In this document: one piece after another, positions 39,298-49,182 of the stretch
Position numbering within the stretch: the first letter of the stretch is position 1
How the letters are laid out: every line of letters starts with the position of its first letter
Assembly: GCA_965215195.1 (NCBI GenBank)
Contig: CBDCDC010000002.1
Location: forward strand, 1 to 64,000
Reading direction: 5' to 3'
DNA length: 64,000 bases
From: Candidatus Latescibacterota bacterium
GTDB taxonomy: Bacteria; Latescibacterota; UBA2968; UBA8231
Made by a program: the position numbers and the translations under genes
Notes under the pieces: model-generated
Seen by the model: the letters and a program-made list of their open reading frames with translations, nothing else
Databases searched by the model: none
What the model was told of the DNA's origin: nothing

Positions 39298-40410
39298 TCA
39301 AACTTCACTGGCGAGGATGCGGTCGATCACGGCCTTGGCGTCGCCGCACCAGCGCAGGACAATGACCAGCTCGCGCGCCGGCTCGACAAAGACGATGTTG
39401 CCGCCAGCTCCGCGCGCCGCGAAGCTGGCGAAACAGGCCAAATCGGACATGGCGTGCTGGTGGTTGAGCCACCACAGGAAGCCGTATTCTGGCTTGATGG
39501 GGCAGGGGGTGAGGGAGTAGTCAATCCACTGTTCGGAGAGGATTTGCCGGCCGTTCCAGCGCCCTCGCCGCTCGAAGAGCAAGCCAAAGCGGGCGTGGTC
39601 ATAGGAGGTGATCCACAGGCCGCCGCCCCAGTGCGTACCGCCGGAGACGGATTGGACCTTTTGGCCGCTTTCTTCGACCCAGGAGGTTTCGTACCCGTGC
39701 CATTCCCAAGTAGAAGAGGCCCCAATGGGGTCCATGATGCTTTCTTTGAGCACTGGAGGTAAGGGGCTGCGGAAAAGGCGCAACAGGCTGAGGGCCGTGC
39801 GGTTGACGCGCACGTCGTTGTATTCCCAAAAGGTGCCGGGCGGTTCGAGAGAGCGGTAATGGTCGGCGCTGGAGGCCGTGCCGCCCACCGTGGCTTCGGC
39901 GGCTCCTTGACCCAGTTCGCGGCCGCGGTCAATCCAGTCGGGGAGGCCGAAGAGTTCGCCTTCCCATTCGCTGGTTTGTTGCAGCAAATGACGCCAGGTG
40001 ATGGACTTATTTTGCGGCGCGTCAAAGCCGCCGTCGGCGACCGTGCGGCCGACGGGTTCGTCGAGATCGCGGATCAGCCCTTGGTCAAAGGCCACCCCGG
40101 CCAGCGCCGAGATATAGCTCTTGGCGCAACTGAACGCGACTGCGACGCTAGCGACCGGCCCGAAGGTGGCGACCAGATACCCTTGCCGCACGATCAGGCC
40201 GGCTGTGGGACCGCGTTTTTTGAGCGGGCCTAAAGGACGGTCGTTGGGATGGCGGTCGCCTTTGGGCAGCATGGCGGCCAAATTGGTGGAGGCTTGGATC
40301 TCCTCGGTCTGAGCGAAGGCCAAGGCCGCGGCCAGTTGGTCGGTGTCGAAGCCGGCTTGGGCAGGGCTACGGCGCTGCCAGTCGTGGGGAGCGGGGCAGT
40401 AGTTGGTCAT
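39298..40410 (-). CDS. Serine hydrolase (beta-lactamase class C-like)
   Basis: SCAK SxxK, YND, ARGAGG. Confidence 0.88.
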   Translation of the reverse strand: MTNYCPAPHDWQRRSPAQAGFDTDQLAAALAFAQTEEIQASTNLAAMLPKGDRHPNDRPLGPLKKRGPTAGLIVRQGYLVATFGPVASVAVAFSCAKSYISALAGVAFDQGLIRDLDEPVGRTVADGGFDAPQNKSITWRHLLQQTSEWEGELFGLPDWIDRGRELGQGAAEATVGGTASSADHYRSLEPPGTFWEYNDVRVNRTALSLLRLFRSPLPPVLKESIMDPIGASSTWEWHGYETSWVEESGQKVQSVSGGTHWGGGLWITSYDHARFGLLFERRGRWNGRQILSEQWIDYSLTPCPIKPEYGFLWWLNHQHAMSDLACFASFAARGAGGNIVFVEPARELVIVLRWCGDAKAVIDRILASEV

Positions 40411-40592
40411 TGAGTCCACCTGCAAATGCAGCTTCTGGGATATACTGGAAATTTGGCTTTGTGGCTCCGAGTTGGTCGTGTGCGACTGATTGCACTCGTC
40501 CGCGATTCAATCCGAGGGCGCAAACGAAGAAGCGAATCATAGTCAGTATTTGCAAGTTTGAATAAGTAGAATCTAATGTTTATTTTCGAAGC

Positions 40593-41105
40593 ATGAAGAA
40601 GCAAACAGCCGTTTTGGATACCTCGTTTTGGGTTTTGGGCCATCGAGCCGATGTGCTCGCCTATCTGTTTCGCTTTTTTGCGGTCGTTGTCCCATCGGCT
40701 GTCCAGACTGAAATACAAGCCCGCGATCCGCGTTATCCACAGCGGGTATATGGGTATCAAGAACTGTTTGGCCTGATGAAACAGCAGGGAGTATTGGCCA
40801 TCCGCGATCCTGTTCAGCCGTTGGACCAGTTCCACGCGGGGGAAGCAGCTGCTTTGGGGTTGGCTCTCGACGAGAATCTGTGGCTGTTGGTGAATGAACA
40901 GCGTGCTTTGCGCTTTGCTCGGCAGTACGGCCTCAAGGCCCTGACCGTTCCAGAGTTCACCGTATATCTCTACGAAATAGAAGTGCTGTCTTGGCGCAGT
41001 GTCCACGATAAACTGGATAGAATCGCCGCCAACACTGGAAAGGCTTTGATGGATGCAGCCCGCCAAGCGGTGTGGAGCTCGGCCGAATCCCGAGGAGATC
41101 CCTAA
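40593..41105 (+). CDS. PIN-domain protein (DUF3368-like toxin)
   Basis: AVLDTS, VPSAV..E, HAGEAAAL.LA. Confidence 0.75.
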   Translation: MKKQTAVLDTSFWVLGHRADVLAYLFRFFAVVVPSAVQTEIQARDPRYPQRVYGYQELFGLMKQQGVLAIRDPVQPLDQFHAGEAAALGLALDENLWLLVNEQRALRFARQYGLKALTVPEFTVYLYEIEVLSWRSVHDKLDRIAANTGKALMDAARQAVWSSAESRGDP

Positions 41106-41106
41106 A

Positions 41107-41457
41107 ATGAACCAGAGTACTACCAAGAAAACGCCCAACCGGGTGACCAAATCCATTCGTCTGCGGCCGGAAGAAGCCGACGAACTCGCGCATCTGGTGG
41201 CAAATACCGCCTACTCAGAGGCGGCCCTCATGCGTCAATGGGTGCTGGTTGGTATGGAGCAATTCCGCGTGTCCGAGGCCATCCGCGCCTACCAAGAAGC
41301 CGAGGTTGATCTGCGAGGGGCGGCCGAACGGGCCGGGTTGCCCGTGGCCGTATTATTGGAGGAAATGGCGGCTCGCAAAGTCGCCGTGCTTGATGAGCTG
41401 GATGACTTTGGGCCTGGTCTGGCGGCCTTGCGCCGGGCTTGGCCAAAGGATGAGTAG
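41107..41457 (+). CDS. Putative antitoxin (RHH plus UPF0175-like HTH)
   Basis: SIRL N-terminus; A.RAYQ...V.L..AAE.AGL. Confidence 0.7.
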   Translation: MNQSTTKKTPNRVTKSIRLRPEEADELAHLVANTAYSEAALMRQWVLVGMEQFRVSEAIRAYQEAEVDLRGAAERAGLPVAVLLEEMAARKVAVLDELDDFGPGLAALRRAWPKDE

Positions 41458-41502
41458 TGGTATGGGCTGGACGGCGCGACGCCGGTTGTGTTGGCGGCCT
41501 TT

Positions 41503-41529
41503 GGATCGAGGGCGTCCCGCCCTCGATCC
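41503..41529. repeat. Solo REP-like hairpin
   Basis: GGATCGAGGGCG-TCC-CGCCCTCGATCC perfect 12-bp stem; same motif as inside MITE A. Confidence 0.85.
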
Positions 41530-41569
41530 TAACATATCGTCCTTGACGCGCTCCATTGCTTCCGCCTCG

Positions 41570-42002
41570 ACCGGTTTTTGCCTCCGAGCGCAAGTAATCG
41601 AACGGCATGGGTGTACCCGACATGATACAGAGAAAAGGGCTACCGCTTCCACCTGATTTGGTGCCCGGCATGGTCGGCGCAGGTCCGCCGCCAGCTCTTG
41701 CGAATCTCGTCGCGGGCTTGCTGCAACACCTTCTCGTTGGTGGTGTTCTCCCACTGCACCAATTCCTCGATAAGGCGAAACAGCCGCTCGCGCTCTCTGT
41801 CTTGGTCGGCCTCCGTGCGGAACAGATCCGGGCTGGCCGACGGATCATCGACCATCTGCGCGAAAATTACCGCCCGCCGCGCCCGCCACAGATGCAGGGT
41901 ACTCGGATGCCCGTGCCGAATCGACTTCTCCCGCGCCGCCGCGGCGTTGATAGCGTCAAGTGGCAGGGCGACTTCGATGAGTTTCTTGCGCGGAGATGTC
42001 AT
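41570..42002 (-). pseudogene. DUF1156 adenine methyltransferase relic
   Basis: [31 protein letters not shown], then an out-of-frame internal piece GTKSGG...CIMSGTPMPFDYLRSE; rest missing. Confidence 0.85.
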
Positions 42003-42466
42003 GCGCCAAGCGCCTTAGTCAATTGATCGCCGCATTTGATCACCGCTATACCCTTTCGTTGTCCACGCAATTGTAGCTTCTTAGCGCGAAGTGTTTTGAG
42101 ATCGTTTCGATGGATTTTTTTGCCATGAGCAAGGACTGGAGCAAATTGTAAGGTAACACCTTGGGGGAGCCACCTATTTGCCATTTGGGTGCCTCCTGCA
42201 AGCTGCTCCAATACCGCACTGACACTGAGTCTGCCGCTCTTCAGCTCAATGGGAGCAACCCAAGTCTCGTTGTGATCTTCGCCGACGAACAGATAGTCGC
42301 ACCGTTTCCAATTATTCGGAATTGACAGCACGTCGCAGTCCATATCGACAATGACCCGTACTGGCGGAGCCTCGGCCAAATCAACCCGGCATTTGTCTTT
42401 GTCGCAGTGAGTGGTACGGCAGCTATTGGGTATTATGCGGGCAATCTCCGCGACTGTACCACTCAT
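41999..42466 (-). CDS. Small PD-(D/E)xK-like nuclease-fold protein
   Basis: RCDYLF...IELKSG; ATGA overlaps with both neighbours. Confidence 0.65.
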   Translation of the reverse strand: MSGTVAEIARIIPNSCRTTHCDKDKCRVDLAEAPPVRVIVDMDCDVLSIPNNWKRCDYLFVGEDHNETWVAPIELKSGRLSVSAVLEQLAGGTQMANRWLPQGVTLQFAPVLAHGKKIHRNDLKTLRAKKLQLRGQRKGIAVIKCGDQLTKALGA

Positions 42467-43986
42467 TCGGTATTGTTGCCCTGTAGGCGATTGAAAATAT
42501 CCACGCTGTCGTTGTACAGTGCCAAACTGACATCATCGTAGTCGGTGGGATAGAGGCCGGTTTCCTCATCCAGCTTTATTTCCTTCACTACCGATCCCTT
42601 CGGGCGGCACTTCGGCTTGAACAGCCATGCACCCACTTGGTTGGAACGTAGCGCGAAATCACCTTGGGGGATCTTCTTTCGGCGAGCCTCGGGCAATTCG
42701 GAGCACCGCACGATGTTGCCGAGTTCCTCTAGCACCCACTCACTGTGCGTCGTGACGATTACTCTGACACCGGCGTGAATGAGTGCGGCGATTTGGCGGG
42801 TGAATTCGACCTGCATGGCCGGATGGAGGTGTGCTTCCGGCTCTTCGATGATCAGGGTCTCGCCGGGTTGAACGACATGGCGCAGATACAAGACCACTGG
42901 CGCGAGTTCCGACACCATGGACGAGGCGTTCATCAGGGGCAGGGAATTTTTCCATCCGGCGGGTTTATAGAAAAACTGCGGGTAGCCCATTGCCGATGTT
43001 TTGATTTGAACCAAGCCTGTGAGGAGCTCTTGCTCAAGGTGCTTGGCTAGAGCGTCCGCTCCGTTGCGCCGACGTTCCGAGAGATCGCCCAACTCGATGA
43101 GCTGCTCCAGAAAATCGATGACAACGCCGGAAAGATCTCTGCGAAGCCGAGGTTGAGAGGCGCGGTTGAGCAAGGAACTGACGAGTACGCGATGAGCGTG
43201 CATCACGCCCGTGCGGTCGGCGGGGAGATAATGAGCGGGGCGAATCATCGGGCCGAGGATGAAGGAAAGGACGGAGTTGGCAAGGTGCTCCGACACTACT
43301 CCCACGCCCTCTCCTCTGTTGTCTATATCATCGCGCCAGCGAAGGAGTCTCGAAGAGTAACCATACCTTCTCGGCGGTTTTTCGACCCGCAAAGGTGCTT
43401 CTTCGGGTATCGCAGTGATGAGCTGAGGTCCCGTCCGCGTCAGCGAAAGTGCGTATTTGAACGGTGCCGTATTGCCATCTTCTCCCAATCCGCTGCTTTG
43501 CAGGACCACCTCGGCATTATTGCTGCCCGGATGGCGAATCAAATCCTTTGTGCCATCTACACCGAAACACCTCGTGATTTCCTCAGCGAGTACTTCCTTA
43601 AAAAGACCATCGACGTTCCGGAGCAGCGGAAGCACCAAGTCTGTGACCGGAGCCGACAGAGCCACATTGTGCTCGTGGTTTTCTACTTCCCATGCTCGTA
43701 ACGCTTGTAGGATGCGCTCAAATTCGTTGTCGGGCAGGCGGTTAAATTCGTTGTCGGGCAGATCGAAATCATCAAGTGAGCCGTTTGTAATCGGCTGCAT
43801 TATAGGGTAAGGACCTGCCCTGAAAAACCGATGCAGCGCATAGATCAGGATCGCTAGATAGGATTTCCCCGTGTTGCTCGGCCCGACGAATACGGTCAGC
43901 GGACGCAGATCGATCTTGGCCTTGACGATCGGCCCGAAATTGGCCACTTCGAGTTCAAGTGCGTCTTGTGTGGTTAAGTCGTCCAT
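42463..43986 (-). CDS. AAA_21/AbiEii-type ABC-like ATPase
   Basis: NFGPI, GPSNTGKS Walker A, ASSMVSE signature, IIEEPEAHLHP, TTHS. Confidence 0.88.
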   Translation of the reverse strand: MDDLTTQDALELEVANFGPIVKAKIDLRPLTVFVGPSNTGKSYLAILIYALHRFFRAGPYPIMQPITNGSLDDFDLPDNEFNRLPDNEFERILQALRAWEVENHEHNVALSAPVTDLVLPLLRNVDGLFKEVLAEEITRCFGVDGTKDLIRHPGSNNAEVVLQSSGLGEDGNTAPFKYALSLTRTGPQLITAIPEEAPLRVEKPPRRYGYSSRLLRWRDDIDNRGEGVGVVSEHLANSVLSFILGPMIRPAHYLPADRTGVMHAHRVLVSSLLNRASQPRLRRDLSGVVIDFLEQLIELGDLSERRRNGADALAKHLEQELLTGLVQIKTSAMGYPQFFYKPAGWKNSLPLMNASSMVSELAPVVLYLRHVVQPGETLIIEEPEAHLHPAMQVEFTRQIAALIHAGVRVIVTTHSEWVLEELGNIVRCSELPEARRKKIPQGDFALRSNQVGAWLFKPKCRPKGSVVKEIKLDEETGLYPTDYDDVSLALYNDSVDIFNRLQGNNTE

Positions 43987-44039
43987 ATCTTCACTCTCCG
44001 TTCCCGCACTAGCTCGGCTCGCCTGCACCCAGCTGCGCC

Positions 44040-44834
44040 TCAAACCCTTCCGGGAAAAGACCGTCCCCGCACCTGCTTAAAGGGCGGCATCTTGGGCGCG
44101 TCAGTGACCGCTGCGTCGCGCCAAGAAGTCGCACGCATGTAGTGTACGGCATAGCCCCTGCGCCGTGTGCCGGTGCGATTGGCATTGCTCTGATGCAGCG
44201 TCAGGCTGTGGTGGAAGCTGATGCTGCCGGGGCCGAGGGGAGCGGGCCGGATGGGCCACCCGCCGCTTGCCAGATCCGCGACAAAAGGGGCCAAGCGCTC
44301 GCCCCGCAACATGCCCCAGCGGTGGGTGCCCGGGGCAAAGTTGAGGCAGCCGTTGTCGAGGGTGGCCGCGTCAATGGCGGTCCAGGCGGTGACCAAGTCC
44401 ATGGGGAAAATATCGCGCCAAGAGGCCGAATCTTGATGCCAGCCCTGCGCCGTGCCGGTGCGCGGAGCTTTCATAAAGAGCTGGTCGCCGTACATTTTGA
44501 TGTCGTCGGTGCCGAGCAAATCGGCGGCGATGGCGGCGATTTTGGGGTGGGTGACGTGGGCCCACATCACGTCGTCGTACACCGCTACGTTGTACAATTT
44601 GCGCACGGCCAGCACTTGGTCGGTGACGGCTTTTTCGCCGCGGCGGAAGACGGGTTCGAGCTGGATGCTAGTATCGGGAATGTGATCTAGCGCACCGGTG
44701 GCGATGCGGTCGGTGTGGGCCGCTAAAACGGCGACCTCGTCCGGGGTCAGCACATCTTCGACAGTCAGGCAACCGTCGAGGTGGAAGCGCTCGACTTGGG
44801 CGGGGGTGAGGTGGCGCAGGTTTTGCCGGGTCAC
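44040..44834 (-). CDS. PhyH family dioxygenase
   Basis: WHQD, W.AID.AT.DNGCL, LHQS. Confidence 0.9.
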   Translation of the reverse strand: MTRQNLRHLTPAQVERFHLDGCLTVEDVLTPDEVAVLAAHTDRIATGALDHIPDTSIQLEPVFRRGEKAVTDQVLAVRKLYNVAVYDDVMWAHVTHPKIAAIAADLLGTDDIKMYGDQLFMKAPRTGTAQGWHQDSASWRDIFPMDLVTAWTAIDAATLDNGCLNFAPGTHRWGMLRGERLAPFVADLASGGWPIRPAPLGPGSISFHHSLTLHQSNANRTGTRRRGYAVHYMRATSWRDAAVTDAPKMPPFKQVRGRSFPGRV

Positions 44835-44907
44835 GGGACGGTCTCCTCCTTCAATGATTAGTGGTCAGTCCCTTGGGGCTGGCGGTGCGGGGGCAGACCA
44901 CCGGCCA

Positions 44908-45786
44908 CTAGTAATTCTCCGCCCACGCTTTGAGCGGGATGTCCTCGTCTTTGGGCCGCCAATAGCGCGACACCGGCAGCACCAAGGGGTCGTCGCCCGC
45001 ATAAGCCGTGCTGCCGGTGCCCAACTCGCCCAAAAGCTGACGCCGCACTGGGTCGCATCCTTGCAAAACTTCCGGGGCTTGGTGCTCGTAATCCGAGGGG
45101 CGGATCCAGCGGTGCTGATAGCCGTAGTACAGGCATTTGCGCGGCTGGTCGGACAGATTGGGGGTCAAGCAGTGGTACAAGGCCGTGCGCCATACCAGCG
45201 CAGTGCCGGGGACGACGTTGACTTCGACCATGCGCGCGGGATCGACGCGGCGCGTACCATGCTCGTCAATCCAAGGCGACTGGCGATGGCTGCCGCGCAC
45301 GACGCAAATGGCCCCGCTCAAAGGTTGGGTCAGGTCGGTCAAATAATAGCCGACTTTCATCTCCATAAACGGCAGCACCCCATTGACGGCAGGCCAGCCG
45401 TAGTCGGGGCCGTCGGCGTGCCAAGGGAAAAAACTGTCCGGGGCACCCAACTCGTGCTCCCCGTCGGCTGGATCCTGCGGCGGGCGCACATCGAGGTGCG
45501 ACGTGCGGAGCTGGATATTGTAGCCCATTAGGTCCACGACCAGCGGCAAAATGGGCGGATAGTCGATCAATTCCTTAAAGAGGGAGTCGGCCGCGATATT
45601 GCGCATTTGAAAGGCTTGGCCGGGACCGAGATTGCGCTCTCGGCAGTAGCGGTCGTACAACTCGTCGAGCCGTTGCAACAGGGCGGCGATGCGGTCCGGC
45701 GGCAGGGCGTCTTCGACGAGGAAAAAGCCGTCTTCGTCGAACTGCCGCTGTTGTTCGGGGGTGATTTTTAAGGGGGTTTTGCTCAT
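44908..45786 (-). CDS. PhyH family dioxygenase
   Basis: FDEDGF, WHAD, GSH, LYH. Confidence 0.88.
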   Translation of the reverse strand: MSKTPLKITPEQQRQFDEDGFFLVEDALPPDRIAALLQRLDELYDRYCRERNLGPGQAFQMRNIAADSLFKELIDYPPILPLVVDLMGYNIQLRTSHLDVRPPQDPADGEHELGAPDSFFPWHADGPDYGWPAVNGVLPFMEMKVGYYLTDLTQPLSGAICVVRGSHRQSPWIDEHGTRRVDPARMVEVNVVPGTALVWRTALYHCLTPNLSDQPRKCLYYGYQHRWIRPSDYEHQAPEVLQGCDPVRRQLLGELGTGSTAYAGDDPLVLPVSRYWRPKDEDIPLKAWAENY

Positions 45787-45791
45787 TGACG

Positions 45792-45914
45792 CTACTTCCA
45801 CAGGCAAAAGCCGCCATCGACCACCAGATTGTGTCCGGTGATATAGTCGGCCGCGGGCGAGGCCAAAATCACCACGGCAACTTGGCCGCTCAAGTCGAAA
45901 AGTTCTGTGCTCAT
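45792..45914 (-). pseudogene. 40-aa SDR relic (N- and C-termini fused by an in-frame deletion)
   Basis: MSTELFDLSGQVAVV|ILASPAADYITGHNLVVDGGFCLWK; not in the ORF track. Confidence 0.88.
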
Positions 45915-45961
45915 GGGGATGCTCCTAACGCCGGGCAATATAGGCGTCTAAAGGGGGAGAA

Positions 45962-47389
45962 TCAATTAGACGGAGGCTCCCAGCGGCATTGGTCGGGCGC
46001 GTTGGTCTGCTCGGCCCAGGCGCGGATCAAATCGATATCCGCTTGCTGCGCCTGTAGCCGCGCTGCGACCCGGGCCGGATCCCAGCCGTCCAAGACCAGT
46101 TCGGTCAACTCGGCCACCAACGCCCGGCATTCTGGCGCGGCGGCCCGGTCCACTCGCTCGTGGGGATCGTCTGCTAGGTTGAACAACTGGGGCCGCTCCC
46201 GCCAGTGGTAGATCAGCTTCCACGGCCCGCGCCGCACCATGCGCTGCACTGGGCCCTCGCGCAGGGCGTATTCCGAAAAGGCCGTATCCGACCAATCGCC
46301 TCGGCCCGTGCGCAGCAATTCCAACGCCGACCGGCCCGGTGAATTGGGTAGGGGTGGGGCCCCCAAGGCTTGGAGCATGGTGGCGTTGAGGTCCAAGGCG
46401 CTCATGACCCGGGCGCATTGCGTCCCAGCCGGCAAGACGCCGGGCCAGCAGACAATGGCCGGCACTTTGACCGACTCTTCGTAAAAAGTCCGCTTCATCC
46501 ACAAGTCGTGCTCGCCGACCAAATCGCCGTGATCCGAGCTGTACACCACCAGCGTATTGTCGGCCAAGTCATTTTCCCGCAGGGCCGTTAAAATGCGGCC
46601 GATCATGCCGTCCATTGCGGCGACCAAGGCCCAATAGGCGGCCCGGGCGTTGAGCACCCATTCCTCGGGCACCGCCTGCAAATCGCCGTGGGCCCGCCAC
46701 CAGCGGATCGCCGGATGGAGGTGCTCGCCAAAAGGCTCGCGCACGGCCGGCGGTCGAATTTTCGCTCGGTAGTAATCGTACAGGGGTCGCCGCGCCAAAT
46801 AGGGAGAATGCGGCAGCATAAAGCCGATGCTGAGGCTGAAGGGGCCTGCGGCTCGACCGGCGCGCTGTTGCACTCCGAGTCGATTTAGAAAGTACACGGC
46901 TGCTGCCGCAACGTCCTCGTCGTGTACTTGATATGCGCTCTGTCCCGGCCCGGCCTGCTCCAGATTCCCGCGGCCAATGGCCGGGGCCAGCCCCGAGCCG
47001 GGCCAATTGGAGCCGTGGTCGCCCACCGGCCTTTCGACATAGCCGTGCAATTGGTCGGGGCCGATTGAGTGCATGCGGCCGATCAGCACGGGCCGGTATC
47101 CGGCTGCGCCCATGGCGTGGGCCATGGTCGGCACCCCGGAATCGAGGATCTGACTGTTGGTCCACACCTCGATGTCGCTGGGGTAGCGCCCGGCGAGCAT
47201 GGCCATGCGCGAGGCCACGCACACCGGCGACGGGCAGTACACTTGGGTGCATTGTACGCCCTCGGCGGCGAGGCGGTCCAAATGCGGGGTCTCGACTATT
47301 GGATCGCCGGCGCAGCCTAGGACGTAGGGATTGTGCTGGTCGGAGTGGATGTAGAGTAGGTTGGGGCGCGGGTCGGGCGATTGCTGCAT
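45962..47389 (-). CDS. Sulfatase (choline-sulfatase-like)
   Basis: PNLL.I.SDQH, CVASR formylglycine motif, SDHG, QLFNL..DP.E. Confidence 0.92.
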   Translation of the reverse strand: MQQSPDPRPNLLYIHSDQHNPYVLGCAGDPIVETPHLDRLAAEGVQCTQVYCPSPVCVASRMAMLAGRYPSDIEVWTNSQILDSGVPTMAHAMGAAGYRPVLIGRMHSIGPDQLHGYVERPVGDHGSNWPGSGLAPAIGRGNLEQAGPGQSAYQVHDEDVAAAAVYFLNRLGVQQRAGRAAGPFSLSIGFMLPHSPYLARRPLYDYYRAKIRPPAVREPFGEHLHPAIRWWRAHGDLQAVPEEWVLNARAAYWALVAAMDGMIGRILTALRENDLADNTLVVYSSDHGDLVGEHDLWMKRTFYEESVKVPAIVCWPGVLPAGTQCARVMSALDLNATMLQALGAPPLPNSPGRSALELLRTGRGDWSDTAFSEYALREGPVQRMVRRGPWKLIYHWRERPQLFNLADDPHERVDRAAAPECRALVAELTELVLDGWDPARVAARLQAQQADIDLIRAWAEQTNAPDQCRWEPPSN

Positions 47390-47436
47390 GGGGCGTTCTC
47401 CTGTTGACAGTTCGGGCGGAGTCTCCAGTCCTTTGG

Positions 47437-47703
47437 CTATCCTTTCGTCGCCTGCTGAATTTCAGCCAGAGTTGGCTCATCCCCAGGCTGCGTTTTTTTT
47501 AGAAAAGCTCCGAATTTAGCAGTCGCGAGATCGGGATTTTTTTCACTCAGACGACTTTTCATCCACTCGATAGTTTCATCCTGTTGGACAGCCGCTTGCA
47601 GCCAATAGTTTACCAAACTGTTAAAAGACATGTTTTTCTTTTTAGCCAGCCGCATCGCTTTGTCCTTTAGCTCATCTGGCAATCGCACAGAAATCGCGCT
47701 CAT
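47437..47703 (-). CDS. Ribbon-helix-helix antitoxin
   Basis: ISVRLPDEL...A..LA....MS.N.L; AT-rich; ATGA overlap with PIN gene. Confidence 0.78.
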   Translation of the reverse strand: MSAISVRLPDELKDKAMRLAKKKNMSFNSLVNYWLQAAVQQDETIEWMKSRLSEKNPDLATAKFGAFLKKTQPGDEPTLAEIQQATKG

Positions 47704-47945
47704 GGTCTTTCTCCATCGGCTATAGATACAGATCGCAGAACTGTTGAGGGGTCAAAAATTAATTTGAGAATGCTTCTTCTTGTTAAGACCGATTCATATT
47801 CAAGATACAGTTTTTGTGTTAAAGCCAAGGGAATGGTTGCCTGTTGGATGTTCTGAAGCATTTTGAAACTAGGAGAGTCTGCGCGGCGACATAGCCCGGC
47901 GACAAGCACATTTGTATCGAGAACGACTAGCGGCAGCGTTGCCAA
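47700..47945 (-). pseudogene. PIN toxin, shortened (81 aa)
   Basis: VVLDTNVLVAGL...LYLEYE.VL.R present; later acidic PIN motifs absent; TTG start after AAGGA. Confidence 0.7.
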
Positions 47946-47956
47946 ATTGTCATTCC

Positions 47957-49093
47957 TTAAGCGATGGTCTGAAGAGACAGCCGCGCCCAGCGCACTTCCA
48001 TGCAGGCGTCGTCGCCGGCGTAATAGACGACCACGACGTCGCCGTTGGGCAGGGCTGCTGAAAAGGGCAAGCCAAAACTCCACAGGCCCATTTCGGCCAG
48101 CAGGTCGCCGGTGTCCCCTTGGCCGGCAGCCGTTTGCGGGGATTCGGCGGTTTGGCGGTACAGTTCTACTTGGGTAGCCGCGGCAAAGGGGGCGTCTGCG
48201 GCCGGGGCTAGGCGGGCGCGGATCGAGCGCGATTGAAAGCGATCGACATAGGCCAAGACCACGCGGCCGTCGGGCAAAATGGCCGGATGCGCGGCTTGGT
48301 CGGCAAAACCGAGATCATCGGGGGCAGACCAAGCCGCGCCTTCGTCCGCGCTGAGATGCCGCTGGATATTGAGGTACTGGGTCGTCTGCCGGTCGTAGGT
48401 CCAAGTGAAGGTGACCACGCGGCCGTCGGGGCAGACGCCGGCGCGCTGGTCCCAGTTGAAGATGCGGCCGGTGGGGTCTTGGCAGGTGGTGACGGGATCG
48501 CCCCAGGTCTGGCCCTAATCTTCGGAGTACAAGTACACCACCCGTTGCCGCCACTGGCCCCGGTCTTCATAGGTTTTATTGGTCTCGATGCTCAAGGCCA
48601 GCCGGCCGCTGGGCAGGACGAGTACCGGGTTGGTCAGGCTGGGCGGGCCAACGTCCGGGGGGACGGGCACGACGCGCCAGTCGGACCAAGTGCGCCCTAG
48701 GTCGTGAGAATCGGCCAAGACGATCTCCATGGGCAGGCATCCCTCGGTCTCGTCGTTGAAAAGGGGTTGGCCCGGATAGGTCTGGCGGTCCACCCACAGA
48801 GCGGCCAGCACCAAGTGGCCGCTGCCCAAGTCGGTGATATAGCCCACCCGGAGCGAGCCGTTCAGCCCGTTCAAGGTGGTGGCAAAAGGGGATTCGGGGG
48901 CGGTCCACGATTGCCCGCCATCGTCCGAGCGCTTGAGTTCGAGGGTGCCGTCCACCGAATCCTTGCTGCTGCCGACGCGGTAGCTGGCCAGCAGCGAGCC
49001 GTCGGCCAGCGGGGCGAGCGCGGGAAAGGTCGAAAAGGCCCGTCGCGTGTTTGGCTGGCCGCGGTTGATGATGCCTTGATCGCTAATTTTCAT
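47957..49093 (-). pseudogene. BNR/Asp-box sialidase-like protein with in-frame TAG
   Basis: Asp-boxes SDDGGQSW, SHDLGRTW, SED*GQTW, SADEGAAW; TAG at 48515-48517, frame continues to 47957. Confidence 0.85.
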
Positions 49094-49182
49094 TTTGACG
49101 CTCCAAGGTAGTCGCTTCTCATTGTTGGGTATAATAGCGATACTTGGGCTGTCGGGAAAACGCCTTGCAGAGGAGAACGGCC

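Noticed and set aside
41503-41529. Hairpins as integron attC sites
   Set aside because: No RYYYAAC/GTTRRRY core sites, no cassette array, no integrase
48515-48517. Pyrrolysine or amber recoding
   Set aside because: TAG is used as a normal stop by many genes here and no pyl genes are visible
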